Positions 1-9,985 of a stretch of DNA of 39,604 bases are shown here, piece by piece. The notes under the pieces are model-generated. The model did not search any database and was not told the DNA's origin. It was given only the letters and a program-made list of their open reading frames with translations. Each line of letters opens with the position of its first letter. Within the stretch, counting starts at the first letter, position 1. Made by a program: the position numbers and the translations under genes. This DNA is from an uncultured Planctomycetota bacterium (GTDB lineage Bacteria > Planctomycetota > Phycisphaerae > Tepidisphaerales > Tepidisphaeraceae), in contig CAWJEN010000002.1 of NCBI GenBank assembly GCA_963841915.1, positions 1 through 39,604 on the forward strand. Direction: 5' to 3'.

Positions 1-276
1 AAACTCGGCAGGGCGTGCATGCGTCGGGGTCGTCTCCGCCACGAACAACTCGCGGTTCTCCACCTTCCCCTCCAGCGCCTTCCACTGCAAAAACCCTAGC
101 TCGTCGCCATGCGCCTTCTGCAACGCATCGACCTGATCCAGATCATTGAGATCCCCCGGCCGAACGCGCAGGTCGTCCCCCACAACAACCGGCACCACGA
201 GCGGCCCATCCCGCCGAACCACAAGGCCGCTGTTGATCACTTCACGCCCGTCCTCATCAATGATGATCTCGTCCAT
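1..276 (-). CDS. N-terminal part of a probable GNAT-family acetyltransferase (runs off the left edge; not in the ORF track)
   Basis: My translation from ATG at 276: MDEIIIDEDGREVINSGLVVRRDGPLVVPVVVGDDLRVRPGDLNDLDQVDALQKAHGDELGFLQWKALEGKVENRELFVAE... It is open to position 1. 'VRPGDLNDLDQVDALQK' resembles the GNAT first strand/helix. Confidence 0.45.
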   Translation of the reverse strand, partial: MDEIIIDEDGREVINSGLVVRRDGPLVVPVVVGDDLRVRPGDLNDLDQVDALQKAHGDELGFLQWKALEGKVENRELFVAETTPTHARPAEF

Positions 277-492
277 CGTTGGCCCTTGCTGATATCTAAT
301 CCGATCCCGCGCCCCGACCACCCACGGCCGACCGTTCGCCCTCAAGATCGACCGGTCCGCCGCCACAACACCACGAAGCCGGTCGTCCAACTCCCTTGTC
401 GGCCGCAGCCCCGCCCTGATTACACGCGCAGCAACGCCAACTAGCCGCCCCACCACGCCGATCACGCCGTCAACGGAGCCAACCCGCCGCGC

Positions 493-797
493 ATGGGGCT
501 GTTCTTGCGAGTAATGAGGCTGTTCTTCCGCGCATTGGGGCTGTTCTTGCGCGCATTGGGGCTGTTCTTGCGCAATGGGGCTGTTCTTGGGCGCAATGGG
601 GCTGTTCTTGGGCGCAATGGGGCTGTTCTTGGCGCAATGGGGCTGTTCTTCGGCGCGATGAGGCTGTTCTTGGGCGCAATGGGGCTGTTCTTCGGCGCGA
701 TGAGGCTGTTCTTGGGCGCAATGGGGCTGATTCGCGGGGTGATACGGCTGATCGACCTGCGGCTGGGGCTGTTTGAGGTCAACTGCCGGCTGTTGCC
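493..797. repeat. 21-bp degenerate tandem array, ~15 units (consensus ATGGGGCTGTTCTTGGGCGCA)
   Basis: The GGCTG(TTCTT) core recurs at ~497, 518, 539, 560, 579, 600, 621, 641, 662, 683, 704, 725, 746, 767, 788. One unit is 19 nt and one is 20 nt. Units degenerate toward the right. Confidence 0.95.
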
Positions 798-996
798 CGG
801 CCAATCCATGCGCGTTGGGAACGCAGTCTGGCTGCGAGATGTTTGGAAGCATCTAGCGACCGCCTTTGTCATACAGATTTGCTTCGTCGCGTCGAGTACT
901 GGCTTTGACTGACCCGTCATTGTCGGCCTGATTCTGCTATCGCCGAGCCACATGCGTTCGGTCGCGTCGACTCGATGCCCTTACCGTCAAGAGAAC

Positions 997-1797
997 ATGG
1001 CGACGCTCCACACGAAGAAGGCGGGCCAGTGGGTGAAGTCGACTGCCTGGAAGCAGCTCGAACGCGAGCTGATCGTCGGCCTCGTCGCACTCATGCTCGT
1101 GATCTTCCTGTCCGGCTTCGCCGTCGGCTTCGGCCGTGGCTCTTCGCTCTGGGCGTGGATCCTGGCCATGGTGGGTGTACTGGTGGTCACCCTGCTCATC
1201 GCATGGTTGATGAAGCGTGCCGAGCGCCGGTGGGAAGTGCCTCAACAGGAACGCATCCGCCGCCTCCGCGGGGCACACGCCGAAGCGCTCGTCGCGTACG
1301 TGCTCCAGACGCAACTCATCGCCGAACCCAAGGGCCTGAACGGCACCGGCGGCTGGCACATCTGGTGCAACGTCCCGCTGGGCGACCTCGGCGACGCCGA
1401 CGTCGTCGTGATCGGGCCGGGCGGCTGTTTCGTCGTCAGCGTCAAGAGCCACCTCGGCCTGCTCACGGTCGGCGGCAACGCCCTGTCGCTGAACAACCGC
1501 CCCACGTCCGACCCATGGGCCGCCGACGCCGTCAAGCAGGCCCTCCGCCTCCGCGACCGCATCAACGCGGCGGACGGCCAAGCCCCACCCTTCGTCCGCG
1601 GCGTCCTGTGTGTTCCTCATGCCGCGCTGGAACCAAACGTCACGCCCCTCTGGTGCGGCAACACTCTGGTCTGCAATGAGCGGACGCTGATCGAAACGCT
1701 CGAGAGTCACGGCAACCCAATCGACCGATCAATCGTCCTCCGCCTCAAGGCCGCCGTCGCCACACTGAGCAACACGCCCGAGGTCAACGGCAAGTAG
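997..1797 (+). CDS. Membrane-anchored NERD (nuclease-related domain) protein
   Basis: ATG 997 after AAGAGAAC. Two hydrophobic helices, then NERD-like G-A-x-A-E, DADVVVIGPGGCFVVSVKS and QA..LR motifs. Confidence 0.75.
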   Translation: MATLHTKKAGQWVKSTAWKQLERELIVGLVALMLVIFLSGFAVGFGRGSSLWAWILAMVGVLVVTLLIAWLMKRAERRWEVPQQERIRRLRGAHAEALVAYVLQTQLIAEPKGLNGTGGWHIWCNVPLGDLGDADVVVIGPGGCFVVSVKSHLGLLTVGGNALSLNNRPTSDPWAADAVKQALRLRDRINAADGQAPPFVRGVLCVPHAALEPNVTPLWCGNTLVCNERTLIETLESHGNPIDRSIVLRLKAAVATLSNTPEVNGK

Positions 1798-1933
1798 AGC
1801 AGCCAGTCGACGTGACAAGCGGAATTTGGACAATGTCCCCATTCCCAGTCGCCCCGCTTCCGAACGCTAACGCTGCGTTTAGATTGCTGAAGGTGTACCC
1901 GATCCTGACGATTAGGATGTAACATCGCGAATC

Positions 1934-4900
1934 ATGGGCAGCAGCGGTAGCGAATTGACGAAGACGAGTGGCGGTGGAGGAGCTGAGACGGTTGGAGGCA
2001 TCTGGTATCAAGGTCTCTATATCGTTCTTCAGGCCGTCGAAAGACTGTTAGCCTTCCAAGACATATCGGGGCCCGTCCAATTCGTCGCGGAACCAAGAAA
2101 TGGTGGGGATGTTCGAGTCACCAATCGGACGCGGCACCGCGTCACGCAGATCAAGAAGAAAGCCGGGGGTGGGTCGTGGTCGCTCGGGGACGTCATTGAT
2201 GAGGTGCTGCCTGACCTTTTTAAAGCCACTGCAGACGCTACCTACGACCCGACGAAGGCGTGGACCTACGAGTTCGTGACCGAGGGGCGGCTCGGACGGT
2301 GGAAGGAGGCGCTGACCTTCTTCCACAACCTCAGCGGGCTTGAGGCGGAGCAAGTTCAGACCGGCGGCAGCTGGATAGATGCATATGAGACACTCGATGA
2401 CGTTCAGGCCCTGAACCTCGGGAACAAGAACCTTGCGTCTCCTTATCAGAACACGCGTCGCGGATTGTTCGATCACATCGTGGATTGCCTGCGAGGTCCT
2501 GCACCGGAGAAGGGGAAGCCTGACGAGCGAATTGACGTCGAGGTGGGCCGGGAGCGAACATGGTGTTTGCTCCGCGGTTTCCAGTTTATTGGTGGTCGAT
2601 CTGAGGAGCATTGCCGTGCAGAACTGAGGCGACATCTGCTGCATATCGTCCCAAACCATTCCGCCGTCGATGATCTGCTAGACCAGATGCTCGGATGGAT
2701 CACGGATGCCTCGCGACAAGGTCACAAGGTCTTCACGCCCGAGGAGATGCTCGCCGGCTGCGGTCTTGAGGGAGTGGTGCCTGTCGGCGACCTCATCGCA
2801 CTTCGGGAGCGGACACAACGATCCGCGCAAGATGCCGTTCAAGCACTTGGATATATCGCGGGGCAGGATACTCGGCGCACTGTTTGGGGTGACGATGCGC
2901 TGGTAAGCTCCTCGACAACGCCTGTCGTCGTGACGGGTGACAGTGGCGACGGGAAGTCGTGGGCCCTGTACGCCGCGGCGGATCAAGCTACAACGTCCGC
3001 GGTCGTCTTCATCGACGCGAGCAATTCTGGCAAGCTGGACGCAGAGCAGCTCGTCAACCGCGCGGCGGAGCGAGTGTGGCAGGTTGGACTCAGCCACGAC
3101 AACCAGAAGACGATGGCTGCGCTCACTGAGCGGCTAGCTCAGACCCTCGGCAAGTCGATGGGCAGACCATGGCTAACGCTCTGCATCGACCAAGTCGATG
3201 ATCCCGTGCTGGCACGTTCGCTGGTTCAACAGCCGTGGTCTACCTGGGGCGTGCGGCTCATAATCGGAGTCTCGAACACGGCGCGCTCCGCGGCCGAGCA
3301 GGCGGGGAAGGCGGACAGCGTCTCTGCCAAGCACCACGCGGTGCGGCCCTTCTCGCTTCCGGAGCTGCAGAAGTATCTCGAAGCGCGGCTCGGACCAGCC
3401 TCTTGGAAGCGTGTTCCGCACGACGTTCATGACGTTCTCCGCAAACCTCAGCTAGCAAAGCTTTACGTTGACCTGAAGCTATCCGGCGAAGCGGGCGAGG
3501 AATGGCAACCGACGGACGAATACGCTTTGGTGGACGCATTTTGGCACCGGCTGGCTTCGACAGAGAACGGCGGACATCACCGCGATGAGCTACGACTTCG
3601 ACGACTCGCGATAGGAGTGGCCGAAGGTAAGCCTTATCCATGGTCGATCGATCAGGTGGATGAGGCAGATCTTAGCGACGAAGTGCTTAACCGCCTTATT
3701 CAAGCGGGGTGGCTTCGGCAGGTCGATGAAATCTACGACATGCCGCATGATCGCTTGCTCGGCTACGCGGTGGCACGGGCGATCATCGGTCGTTGCAGAT
3801 CCGAGAATCTTGATCCTAACGCGATCGCGGACTTGCTGGATGGAACAGAAGACCGCCCAAGACGTACACGCTTGGGTTACCTTCTGATGGACTGGTTCCA
3901 CCTCGCGTTAGGGAGTGGCGAGCAACAATCACGTGCGCCCGCCGTCTTGCAGCGTGTTGTCGAGAAGAATAATGGCTCAGCGGGCACATCAATACAAGAA
4001 GTGCTTCTGCCAACACTTGGCCAGAAGGTGATTCCGCTTCTCGTGAGCGAGTCGAAACGTCTTGCAGTGTCGGCACCGGCCTGGGAACTGCAGGCAAGCC
4101 TGCGGGGACTGGCGAAGGTTCTGGCTGACGCGCTTGAAGCTGATCGAGAGCGTGTTGTACATGATTTTCTCGATGATGGTGCTCATCAGATTCGGCTGGC
4201 GGGGCTGCACTTGATGTCGATGGTCGCAGCTCCCGGATTGCTGGATCGGGCGTGGGAGTTGCATCGAGAGATTCTCGATCATCCGGACCGTTACACGGCT
4301 AGAAACACCCGCGTTGATCAGTGGCAACACGTCTTACGCAGGGCATCATTCGATGCACTGGCGTTTAACCTGCCAGCACGGCCAAGCTGGATTTGCGACG
4401 CTGTAGAACAGGTCGAATCATCGGATCATCCTGATCAACTCGCGTGGCTCATTGCGCAACTGGAAGACGATGGAGCGACGTGGCAGGCTTGCAAGCACAG
4501 GTTGTTCGACGTTGTGGCGCAGCCGGACGGTAACAGAAGCCTCGCCCGAAACATCGGCCTCTGGCAAGATCATGACGAGCTGAAGCGTCTTGAGGGCCTG
4601 ACACAGCAGCTCCTCGGCAGCAAGAAGCTGGGTGCTGCTGACTGCGTAGCAGCGATGATCCGTCTGGACCCGGAGCGTGCTGTAGAGCTGCTGACGGAGA
4701 TCGACGCAATGCAGCTCTACATGTCGCGCCTCTGGCTGCTTCCTCCGCTGATGGCTGCGACTCCGCACAAGACTCAGGAAATCCTGCACGACCGGATCAC
4801 GTCACTGCCGAGTCCACTCGACGCTCTTCGTTGGTTTCAGGGTAACGCTGATTTCATGAGCGAAGCCATCTTGCAGACGCTGCTTGACAACTTGGACGTA

Positions 4901-6718
4901 GGTCTCGCGGATTGGCCGTCGTGGACAGAAGAGGAGAAAACAAAAGAAAAAACAGCACACTGGCTCGCTACTGAGTTTGAAGTTCTTGCAAGCATCAGCG
5001 ACCCGAAGTTGATAGAGGTCTTCGCCCGATACCGAGAACAGCGGCTCGAGAACAACCTGTTTGAGCTTTTACGAACGATCGGGCCGCAGGACGGCGGGCA
5101 AATCGACTCTCCGACGCGTTATCCGCTCACTCGCGTGCTGCTGAAGATCGGCCCGAAGCGGACGAACGAGGCGGCTCGTCTCTTTCTCAAGTCGACTGAC
5201 TACATCGCTCGTTCTCAGGGTATCGCCCTGGCAGATCGCATCGCCGACGATGCCACCAGGGAAGATCTGCTCCAGGTAACTTTGGGACCGGGCACGGGTG
5301 ACGAGAACGGTGACGCGTTGAACCGGCAGGATGCGATTCAGTCGCTTGCTCGCCACGGTGATTTCGAACGTCTTCTTCGCGTTGGTCAGGATAGAGCAGA
5401 TCTTCTGGTGATTGCAGCGATTAAGACGGCACAGCAGAGCGGATGTGACGAAGCGACGGCACAGCAACTGAAGAAACAGGCAAAAAGTAGCGAACCAGAA
5501 GTGGCAGCCCGCGCGATAGCGCTGCTCAGGCTGGGAGGTGTCGACGATGCCGTGGATGCGGCGCTAGACCTTCTTCGACAGAATGCAACCCCGATTACCA
5601 GGCATTCGGCATTTACATACCTGCAGAGCTACCCGATCCGCAATGTCGAGGACGCGAAGCTAATCGCCGGCTTGGAGCAGGGGAAACACGAAGATGGTGC
5701 AATTAACAGTCTCCTTCGAGCGGACCCGGCAGTTGCCGCAGGCGCTTTGTGCGACATCCTACGAGAGAAGTGGGAGCCGCAATTCGCTGCGATCTTGCTA
5801 AGTCGTCAGCTAGCGGCGAAAGACGTCCACGATCTGGCTTTGCTTGAGCTGGAGAAGTCCGTCACAGATGATTCTCCGTTTCCTCTCTTTGATGGAGGTG
5901 ATTTTCTTTCGCACCTCTATTCGAAAGACCCGGCAGTAGCTCGTCGGATGCTGCGAGAGGTCGGGCCAGATGCTCACCATGCCCTTCTGCGGACGGCTTT
6001 GGCGGGACGGTGCGGTATCCACACAACCGGCTCACAGCGCATTGCCATACGCGGGCTGGCTGCCTTTGATCGGAGTACTGCCGCGGATTGTGCTGAACGT
6101 GCGCTGCTCGACCCGGAGTACCCCGATCGGTCGCTGATGCCGTCGGTCCTTCATGAACTCGATCCGGAACGGGCGAGAGCTGTCTTCCTGAAGCTCGCTG
6201 CAACGCTTGATGTGGATGACACAAATAGTTTCGGACATAAGAAGCCGCGAGAGGTTGCGCGGGCGATGGAACTTGCACTGTCTGAGTCCGACAGCGAATG
6301 GCTGCTCGCTAGCCTTCGCTCAAACGACTACGAAGCGCGGCTTGGCGCGGCGAAGCTTTGTATCGGAAGCGCCGCCGTGTCCGAAGGATGCGCGACCGAA
6401 CTTCGCAAGCTCGCAAATGCTCGGTCATCAAGCCTTTCGAAAGCAGCCTCAAGGACGCTGACGCGGCTGGAGAGGATACTGAGGGCTCGGCGAGTGTTGT
6501 CAGCGTTACCCGAGGATGCTTCGGACGAGCAAGCCGCGGCGGCGGTCGATGCAGCCGTGGGCGTGCTTACCGAGCGCCAAGCAGAAGAGGTTGGAAATCA
6601 GAATGAACCACCTCCGCCTTGGATTCTGGAGCTGATCCGTCATCCGGCCGTCCAGAACCGACCTGCCCTTTTCCACTGGGCAGCCGATGGGCTCAACGAG
6701 TCGAGGAAGATGCCTTAA
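1934..6718 (+). CDS. Avs-like antiviral STAND protein: N-terminal PD-(D/E)XK (Cap4/Mrr-like) nuclease, P-loop NTPase, C-terminal helical/HEAT-like repeats
   Basis: N-terminus GGAETVGGIWYQ...GGDV...QIKK. Walker A GDSGDGKS. Walker B LTLCIDQVDD. Long alpha-helical C-terminus. Composition is visibly less GC-rich than the host genes. Confidence 0.75.
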   Translation: MGSSGSELTKTSGGGGAETVGGIWYQGLYIVLQAVERLLAFQDISGPVQFVAEPRNGGDVRVTNRTRHRVTQIKKKAGGGSWSLGDVIDEVLPDLFKATADATYDPTKAWTYEFVTEGRLGRWKEALTFFHNLSGLEAEQVQTGGSWIDAYETLDDVQALNLGNKNLASPYQNTRRGLFDHIVDCLRGPAPEKGKPDERIDVEVGRERTWCLLRGFQFIGGRSEEHCRAELRRHLLHIVPNHSAVDDLLDQMLGWITDASRQGHKVFTPEEMLAGCGLEGVVPVGDLIALRERTQRSAQDAVQALGYIAGQDTRRTVWGDDALVSSSTTPVVVTGDSGDGKSWALYAAADQATTSAVVFIDASNSGKLDAEQLVNRAAERVWQVGLSHDNQKTMAALTERLAQTLGKSMGRPWLTLCIDQVDDPVLARSLVQQPWSTWGVRLIIGVSNTARSAAEQAGKADSVSAKHHAVRPFSLPELQKYLEARLGPASWKRVPHDVHDVLRKPQLAKLYVDLKLSGEAGEEWQPTDEYALVDAFWHRLASTENGGHHRDELRLRRLAIGVAEGKPYPWSIDQVDEADLSDEVLNRLIQAGWLRQVDEIYDMPHDRLLGYAVARAIIGRCRSENLDPNAIADLLDGTEDRPRRTRLGYLLMDWFHLALGSGEQQSRAPAVLQRVVEKNNGSAGTSIQEVLLPTLGQKVIPLLVSESKRLAVSAPAWELQASLRGLAKVLADALEADRERVVHDFLDDGAHQIRLAGLHLMSMVAAPGLLDRAWELHREILDHPDRYTARNTRVDQWQHVLRRASFDALAFNLPARPSWICDAVEQVESSDHPDQLAWLIAQLEDDGATWQACKHRLFDVVAQPDGNRSLARNIGLWQDHDELKRLEGLTQQLLGSKKLGAADCVAAMIRLDPERAVELLTEIDAMQLYMSRLWLLPPLMAATPHKTQEILHDRITSLPSPLDALRWFQGNADFMSEAILQTLLDNLDVGLADWPSWTEEEKTKEKTAHWLATEFEVLASISDPKLIEVFARYREQRLENNLFELLRTIGPQDGGQIDSPTRYPLTRVLLKIGPKRTNEAARLFLKSTDYIARSQGIALADRIADDATREDLLQVTLGPGTGDENGDALNRQDAIQSLARHGDFERLLRVGQDRADLLVIAAIKTAQQSGCDEATAQQLKKQAKSSEPEVAARAIALLRLGGVDDAVDAALDLLRQNATPITRHSAFTYLQSYPIRNVEDAKLIAGLEQGKHEDGAINSLLRADPAVAAGALCDILREKWEPQFAAILLSRQLAAKDVHDLALLELEKSVTDDSPFPLFDGGDFLSHLYSKDPAVARRMLREVGPDAHHALLRTALAGRCGIHTTGSQRIAIRGLAAFDRSTAADCAERALLDPEYPDRSLMPSVLHELDPERARAVFLKLAATLDVDDTNSFGHKKPREVARAMELALSESDSEWLLASLRSNDYEARLGAAKLCIGSAAVSEGCATELRKLANARSSSLSKAASRTLTRLERILRARRVLSALPEDASDEQAAAAVDAAVGVLTERQAEEVGNQNEPPPPWILELIRHPAVQNRPALFHWAADGLNESRKMP

Positions 6719-6804
6719 GGTATACAACCTTCTTCGATCTCACGGAGCAAATGAAATGGGGCGCGGGAACGGGGGCATCATTGCCCTACGACACATGAGA
6801 GGGT

Positions 6805-7440
6805 CTACGCGTTCGTTCCCACCATCGCGTGCGGGTTCCGGCGGTTGTAGAGGTCGAGCAGCGTCTTGAGGTACGCCGCCTCCGTCACCTCCCGCTCCGT
6901 GGTGGCGTCGATCAGCCGGACCGACGGCTTCGCCCCGCCGGCCGTTGCCGGCTGGAAGAGCATCATCGTGACGTTCTCGAACTTCTCCCCCGTCCCCGTG
7001 TAGTCGTCGCGGCCGGAGAGCGTCGCGAGGAGTTTCGTCGCGCGGGCGAACGTGCTGGCGGAGCGGTTGCCGCCGGCGTCGTCGTCGGCCGCGGCGGGCA
7101 TGGCGAAGAGGCAGCAGACGACGCTGTACGGGAACCGCATGTGCAGCGTGATCGCCTCGGTGCACAAATCGCCGAAGCGATTCTTGAGGTTCTTGCCCCA
7201 CGTCTCGCCGACGATCTCTTTTTGCTAGTTCCGCACGGGGGACGGGGAGGCGATCGACTTGATGCTCACGGCGAACAAGAGGCCGTGGCGGTCGTCGCTG
7301 TACGACACGTCGACCCGTTTGGGACCTAGGCCGCCTTGAAACTCCTTCTCCTTTTTGCCGCCGGCGTCGGGCTTGACGTTCGGCATGCCCCGCTCGCGGA
7401 GGGCGGCGGCGAGACGGGGGGCGAGGGCGTGCGAGTCGGG
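6805..7440 (-). pseudogene. PD-(D/E)XK restriction-endonuclease-like pseudogene (5'-truncated, internal TAG at 7225-7227)
   Basis: The frame reads ...GLGPKRVDVSYSDDRHGLLFAVSIKSIASPSPVRN*QKEIVGETWGKNLKNRFGDLCTEAITLHMRFPYSVV... The frame is closed by TGA at 7465-7467 and no credible full-length start is visible. Confidence 0.7.
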
Positions 7441-7824
7441 TTCGGAACGATCGACGCTGCTCCGTCAATCACGCTTGACCGTGAAGATCGGACGCTGCTT
7501 CTCGAGCCGCTCCGGCTTGCCCCTCCGTCTCAAGAGTGGCTGAAAGCCGAAGTGCAGTTCATCCGCATCAACCACGAGACCGGCAAGACCATCTTCCAGT
7601 TCTACGACCCAGACGGCGAAAGCCTGAAGTCGGGGGCGAAACAACACGGACGGATAGTGGATACGGCCGTTCATGAGAGCGACAACCCCTACCTCGTCGC
7701 CCAAGCGAAGATGCAGCCACTGCCCGTGTTCTACCGGCGTGCGATCGCAAAGCCCGGACAGCTTCATCCGCAGTACGAATTGACAGTCGGAGAACCCATC
7801 GAGCAAAACCTGTTCAATCAGTAA
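7441..7824 (+). pseudogene. C-terminal fragment of a hypothetical protein
   Basis: Coding-like stretch (TIDAAPSITLDREDR...EQNLFNQ*). Its upstream part is only the antisense of the endonuclease pseudogene and it has no start of its own. Confidence 0.45.
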
Positions 7825-7887
7825 GTCAAGGTAGACAAACCCGCTACGGCAGGGAGAGCGGTGCGTTGCGAATCGGTGGCGTAGCGA

Positions 7888-8712
7888 TTGCAACTCAAGC
7901 GTCTGAGACGGATAATGTTCGGTATGCCATCGCTGGTTTCGATCTCACCGTCGTTTGCCCTGCTGCAAAACCTGAACGTGAAGGCATGGTTCGGCTCGCA
8001 GAGGGAGGACGACGGGCTCCCGGTCACGGTTTCAAGGTGGCTGAGCCTTTTTCAGGAGCAACGATTCCCGCTGCATCAGGTCGGCAAAGCCATCTCGTCA
8101 TGGGACGGGCCGTTGTCTCTCCTGATGAAGCCGACGCCGGCGCTGGCGGACTACCTAACGGACGACGTGCTCGACGAGACGGCCGAGGTGATGAACGTCG
8201 AGCGGGCCTGGCTGGACGGGAATCCGTGGCACCGCCATCCGATCTTGCTGCTCAACGAGCGGCATCCGCAGGACGAGTTCGCGGCGGCGTGTGCCGATGC
8301 GAAGCGACGCGATGACGACGCCGAGTTTCTCGTGATCCGGGAGCGGCAACGAACGCGTGAACGAGGACGGTGGGATCGGGGGCTGGTCCGGCGGGAGGCG
8401 GGCTGTCTCCAGATCCGCAGCCGCGTCTGCGAGTTGCACGACGGCGAGACGGTGCTTTGGCGAAATCAGCCGGTCTTCAGCGTCGAGGACTTCGGGAACC
8501 CGGCGCAGTATTGGCTTACGTTGCAGGCGATCGAGATCGCGAAGCAACACCAGCTTTGGCTTTTCGGCAGCGAGGCGACGCGGGCGCGGATCGAGCAGAT
8601 CAGACAACAGGAGGCCGCGTGGCGCGAGGGCGACGGCGCCTTCAACGCGTGGGATCCGGAGTCGCTCCTAACGGACTTCGAGCACGTTCAAAAGCAGCAG
8701 GTGATTCTTTAG
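7888..8712 (+). CDS. Hypothetical protein (start uncertain)
   Basis: 274-aa ORF with globular composition (RWLSLFQEQ...VERAWLDG). No family confidently recognised. Confidence 0.6.
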   Translation: MQLKRLRRIMFGMPSLVSISPSFALLQNLNVKAWFGSQREDDGLPVTVSRWLSLFQEQRFPLHQVGKAISSWDGPLSLLMKPTPALADYLTDDVLDETAEVMNVERAWLDGNPWHRHPILLLNERHPQDEFAAACADAKRRDDDAEFLVIRERQRTRERGRWDRGLVRREAGCLQIRSRVCELHDGETVLWRNQPVFSVEDFGNPAQYWLTLQAIEIAKQHQLWLFGSEATRARIEQIRQQEAAWREGDGAFNAWDPESLLTDFEHVQKQQVIL

Positions 8713-8779
8713 CGGTTTAACTCGTTGCGTCCGTCGACCGGAGTCGCGGCTGATCTGTCCAGACGTGCTGCGTTCAAGG

Positions 8780-8872
8780 AGCGATCAAACGTTCAAGATC
8801 CTCGCGGTCCTGATGACGAAGAAGCTGCGGGCGTCGACGACGGTCGATTGGCAGTCCCGCGAGAGCGTGCGG
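8780..8872 (+). pseudogene. ~31-codon remnant of the type I restriction HsdR C-terminal domain (DUF3387-like)
   Basis: Translates SDQTFKILAVLMTKKLRASTTVDWQSRESVR, matching the 'LT.KLR.STTVDW..RESVRA' signature of HsdR C-termini. Confidence 0.65.
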
Positions 8873-9089
8873 GGTGGGGGGCGTAGGCATAACGGGTGAG
8901 CGAATGGCACTTCAATCTTGTGGTGTCCCGCGTGGTGTTGCCAGCCGAAAACGGTACCGATTGTTCTCGAAACTTGCTTGCGGTGACGCCCCACCTTGTT
9001 GTAGGGTGGCCGGTTCTGCGTCGGCTATTGGTTGGGGGCGTTTCCCCGGCGGCGCCGACGCTGGGACAAGAGAGACTCAGGAGAGATCT

Positions 9090-9662
9090 ATGCATATTCG
9101 TACCTTCGCCGCCCGCGGCATCGCGGCTGTGGCTTCCTTCGCCGTCGTCGGCACCGCTGCCGCTCAGAACCTGCCCGTCCTTCTCGAGATTGACATCAGC
9201 GACCCGACGGCCGTCACCATCACCTCGACCGGTGCCGCCGCGGTAGTTGATGACGCCAGCCTTGACGACTTTGACGGCATCACGCTCGACCTTTTCTTCA
9301 CGGCGTTCAACGACGTGCCGTTCAGCGACGTCGTCGGCGATCTCACCGTACCTGGTGCTCTTGCGTACGATCGTTTCTTCGACGTCAGCAGCGGCCTCGA
9401 CCTGAACTTGTACAACAATCTGGCGTCAGATGCCCTTCCTCAGGTCTTCACGACACTCAGCCCGGCCTTCACCGGCTCGTCCTTCCTCGACGTCGACCTG
9501 ACCGGTGCACCGTTCCAAGCTGACGGGTACGTCGGCACGATCAACAACGGCTTGAACAACGGACCGATCCTCGGCTCGTACGTCGTTGTCGTGCCCGAGC
9601 CAGCCAACGCCACCGCCCTCCTCGGCACCGCCGGCCTGCTGCTGGTGCGCCGCCGCAAGTAA
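9090..9662 (+). CDS. PEP-CTERM sorting-domain surface protein
   Basis: SD AGGAGA, ATG 9090, signal peptide (…GTAAAQ), C-terminal VPEP-ANATALLGTAGLLLVRRRK. Confidence 0.9.
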   Translation: MHIRTFAARGIAAVASFAVVGTAAAQNLPVLLEIDISDPTAVTITSTGAAAVVDDASLDDFDGITLDLFFTAFNDVPFSDVVGDLTVPGALAYDRFFDVSSGLDLNLYNNLASDALPQVFTTLSPAFTGSSFLDVDLTGAPFQADGYVGTINNGLNNGPILGSYVVVVPEPANATALLGTAGLLLVRRRK

Positions 9663-9683
9663 AGCAAACTCAGCCACTGATGG

Positions 9684-9722
9684 AGACGCCGCCACCCCGT
9701 CGGGTGGCGGCGTCTTCTTTTG
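9684..9722 (+). terminator. Intrinsic terminator
   Basis: 14-bp stem AGACGCCGCCACCC/GGGTGGCGGCGTCT with a 4-nt loop and T-rich tail, just after the PEP-CTERM stop. Confidence 0.85.
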
Positions 9723-9874
9723 CAGCGGGCAACAACGGGGACGTCGTTCGATTCCCGCGTCACCTCAGAGGGTTGCCCGGCCCCTCCTCGGCGGAATTCG
9801 TGTCGCTGAGGGCGGCCTAGTGCGGCTCGTGGGGTGGCGGAGGTACTGATAACCTTCGAAGGACGCTTGCCGCA

Positions 9875-9901
9875 TCAGCAGAGCGGCGAGGTCGGCCGAT
9901 A
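9875..9901 (+). promoter_or_regulatory. sigma28/FliA-like promoter candidate
   Basis: TCAGC-N15-GCCGATA, ~85 nt upstream of ATG 9986. Confidence 0.45.
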
Positions 9902-9985
9902 GAGGGGCCAGACGGGCAGGTCGTGGCCATGGTGGCGGCGTCAGATTCCCGTTCTTCACCCAAAGAGCCCTTTGAAACCACAGTC

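Noticed and set aside
493..797. CRISPR array interpretation of either 21-bp array (also 22354-22626)
   Set aside because: Units are contiguous with no unique spacers, and there are no cas genes in the window.
462..953. ORFs 462-953, 470-721 and 493-912 as real genes
   Set aside because: They are open mainly because the repeat lacks stop codons. No independent coding evidence.
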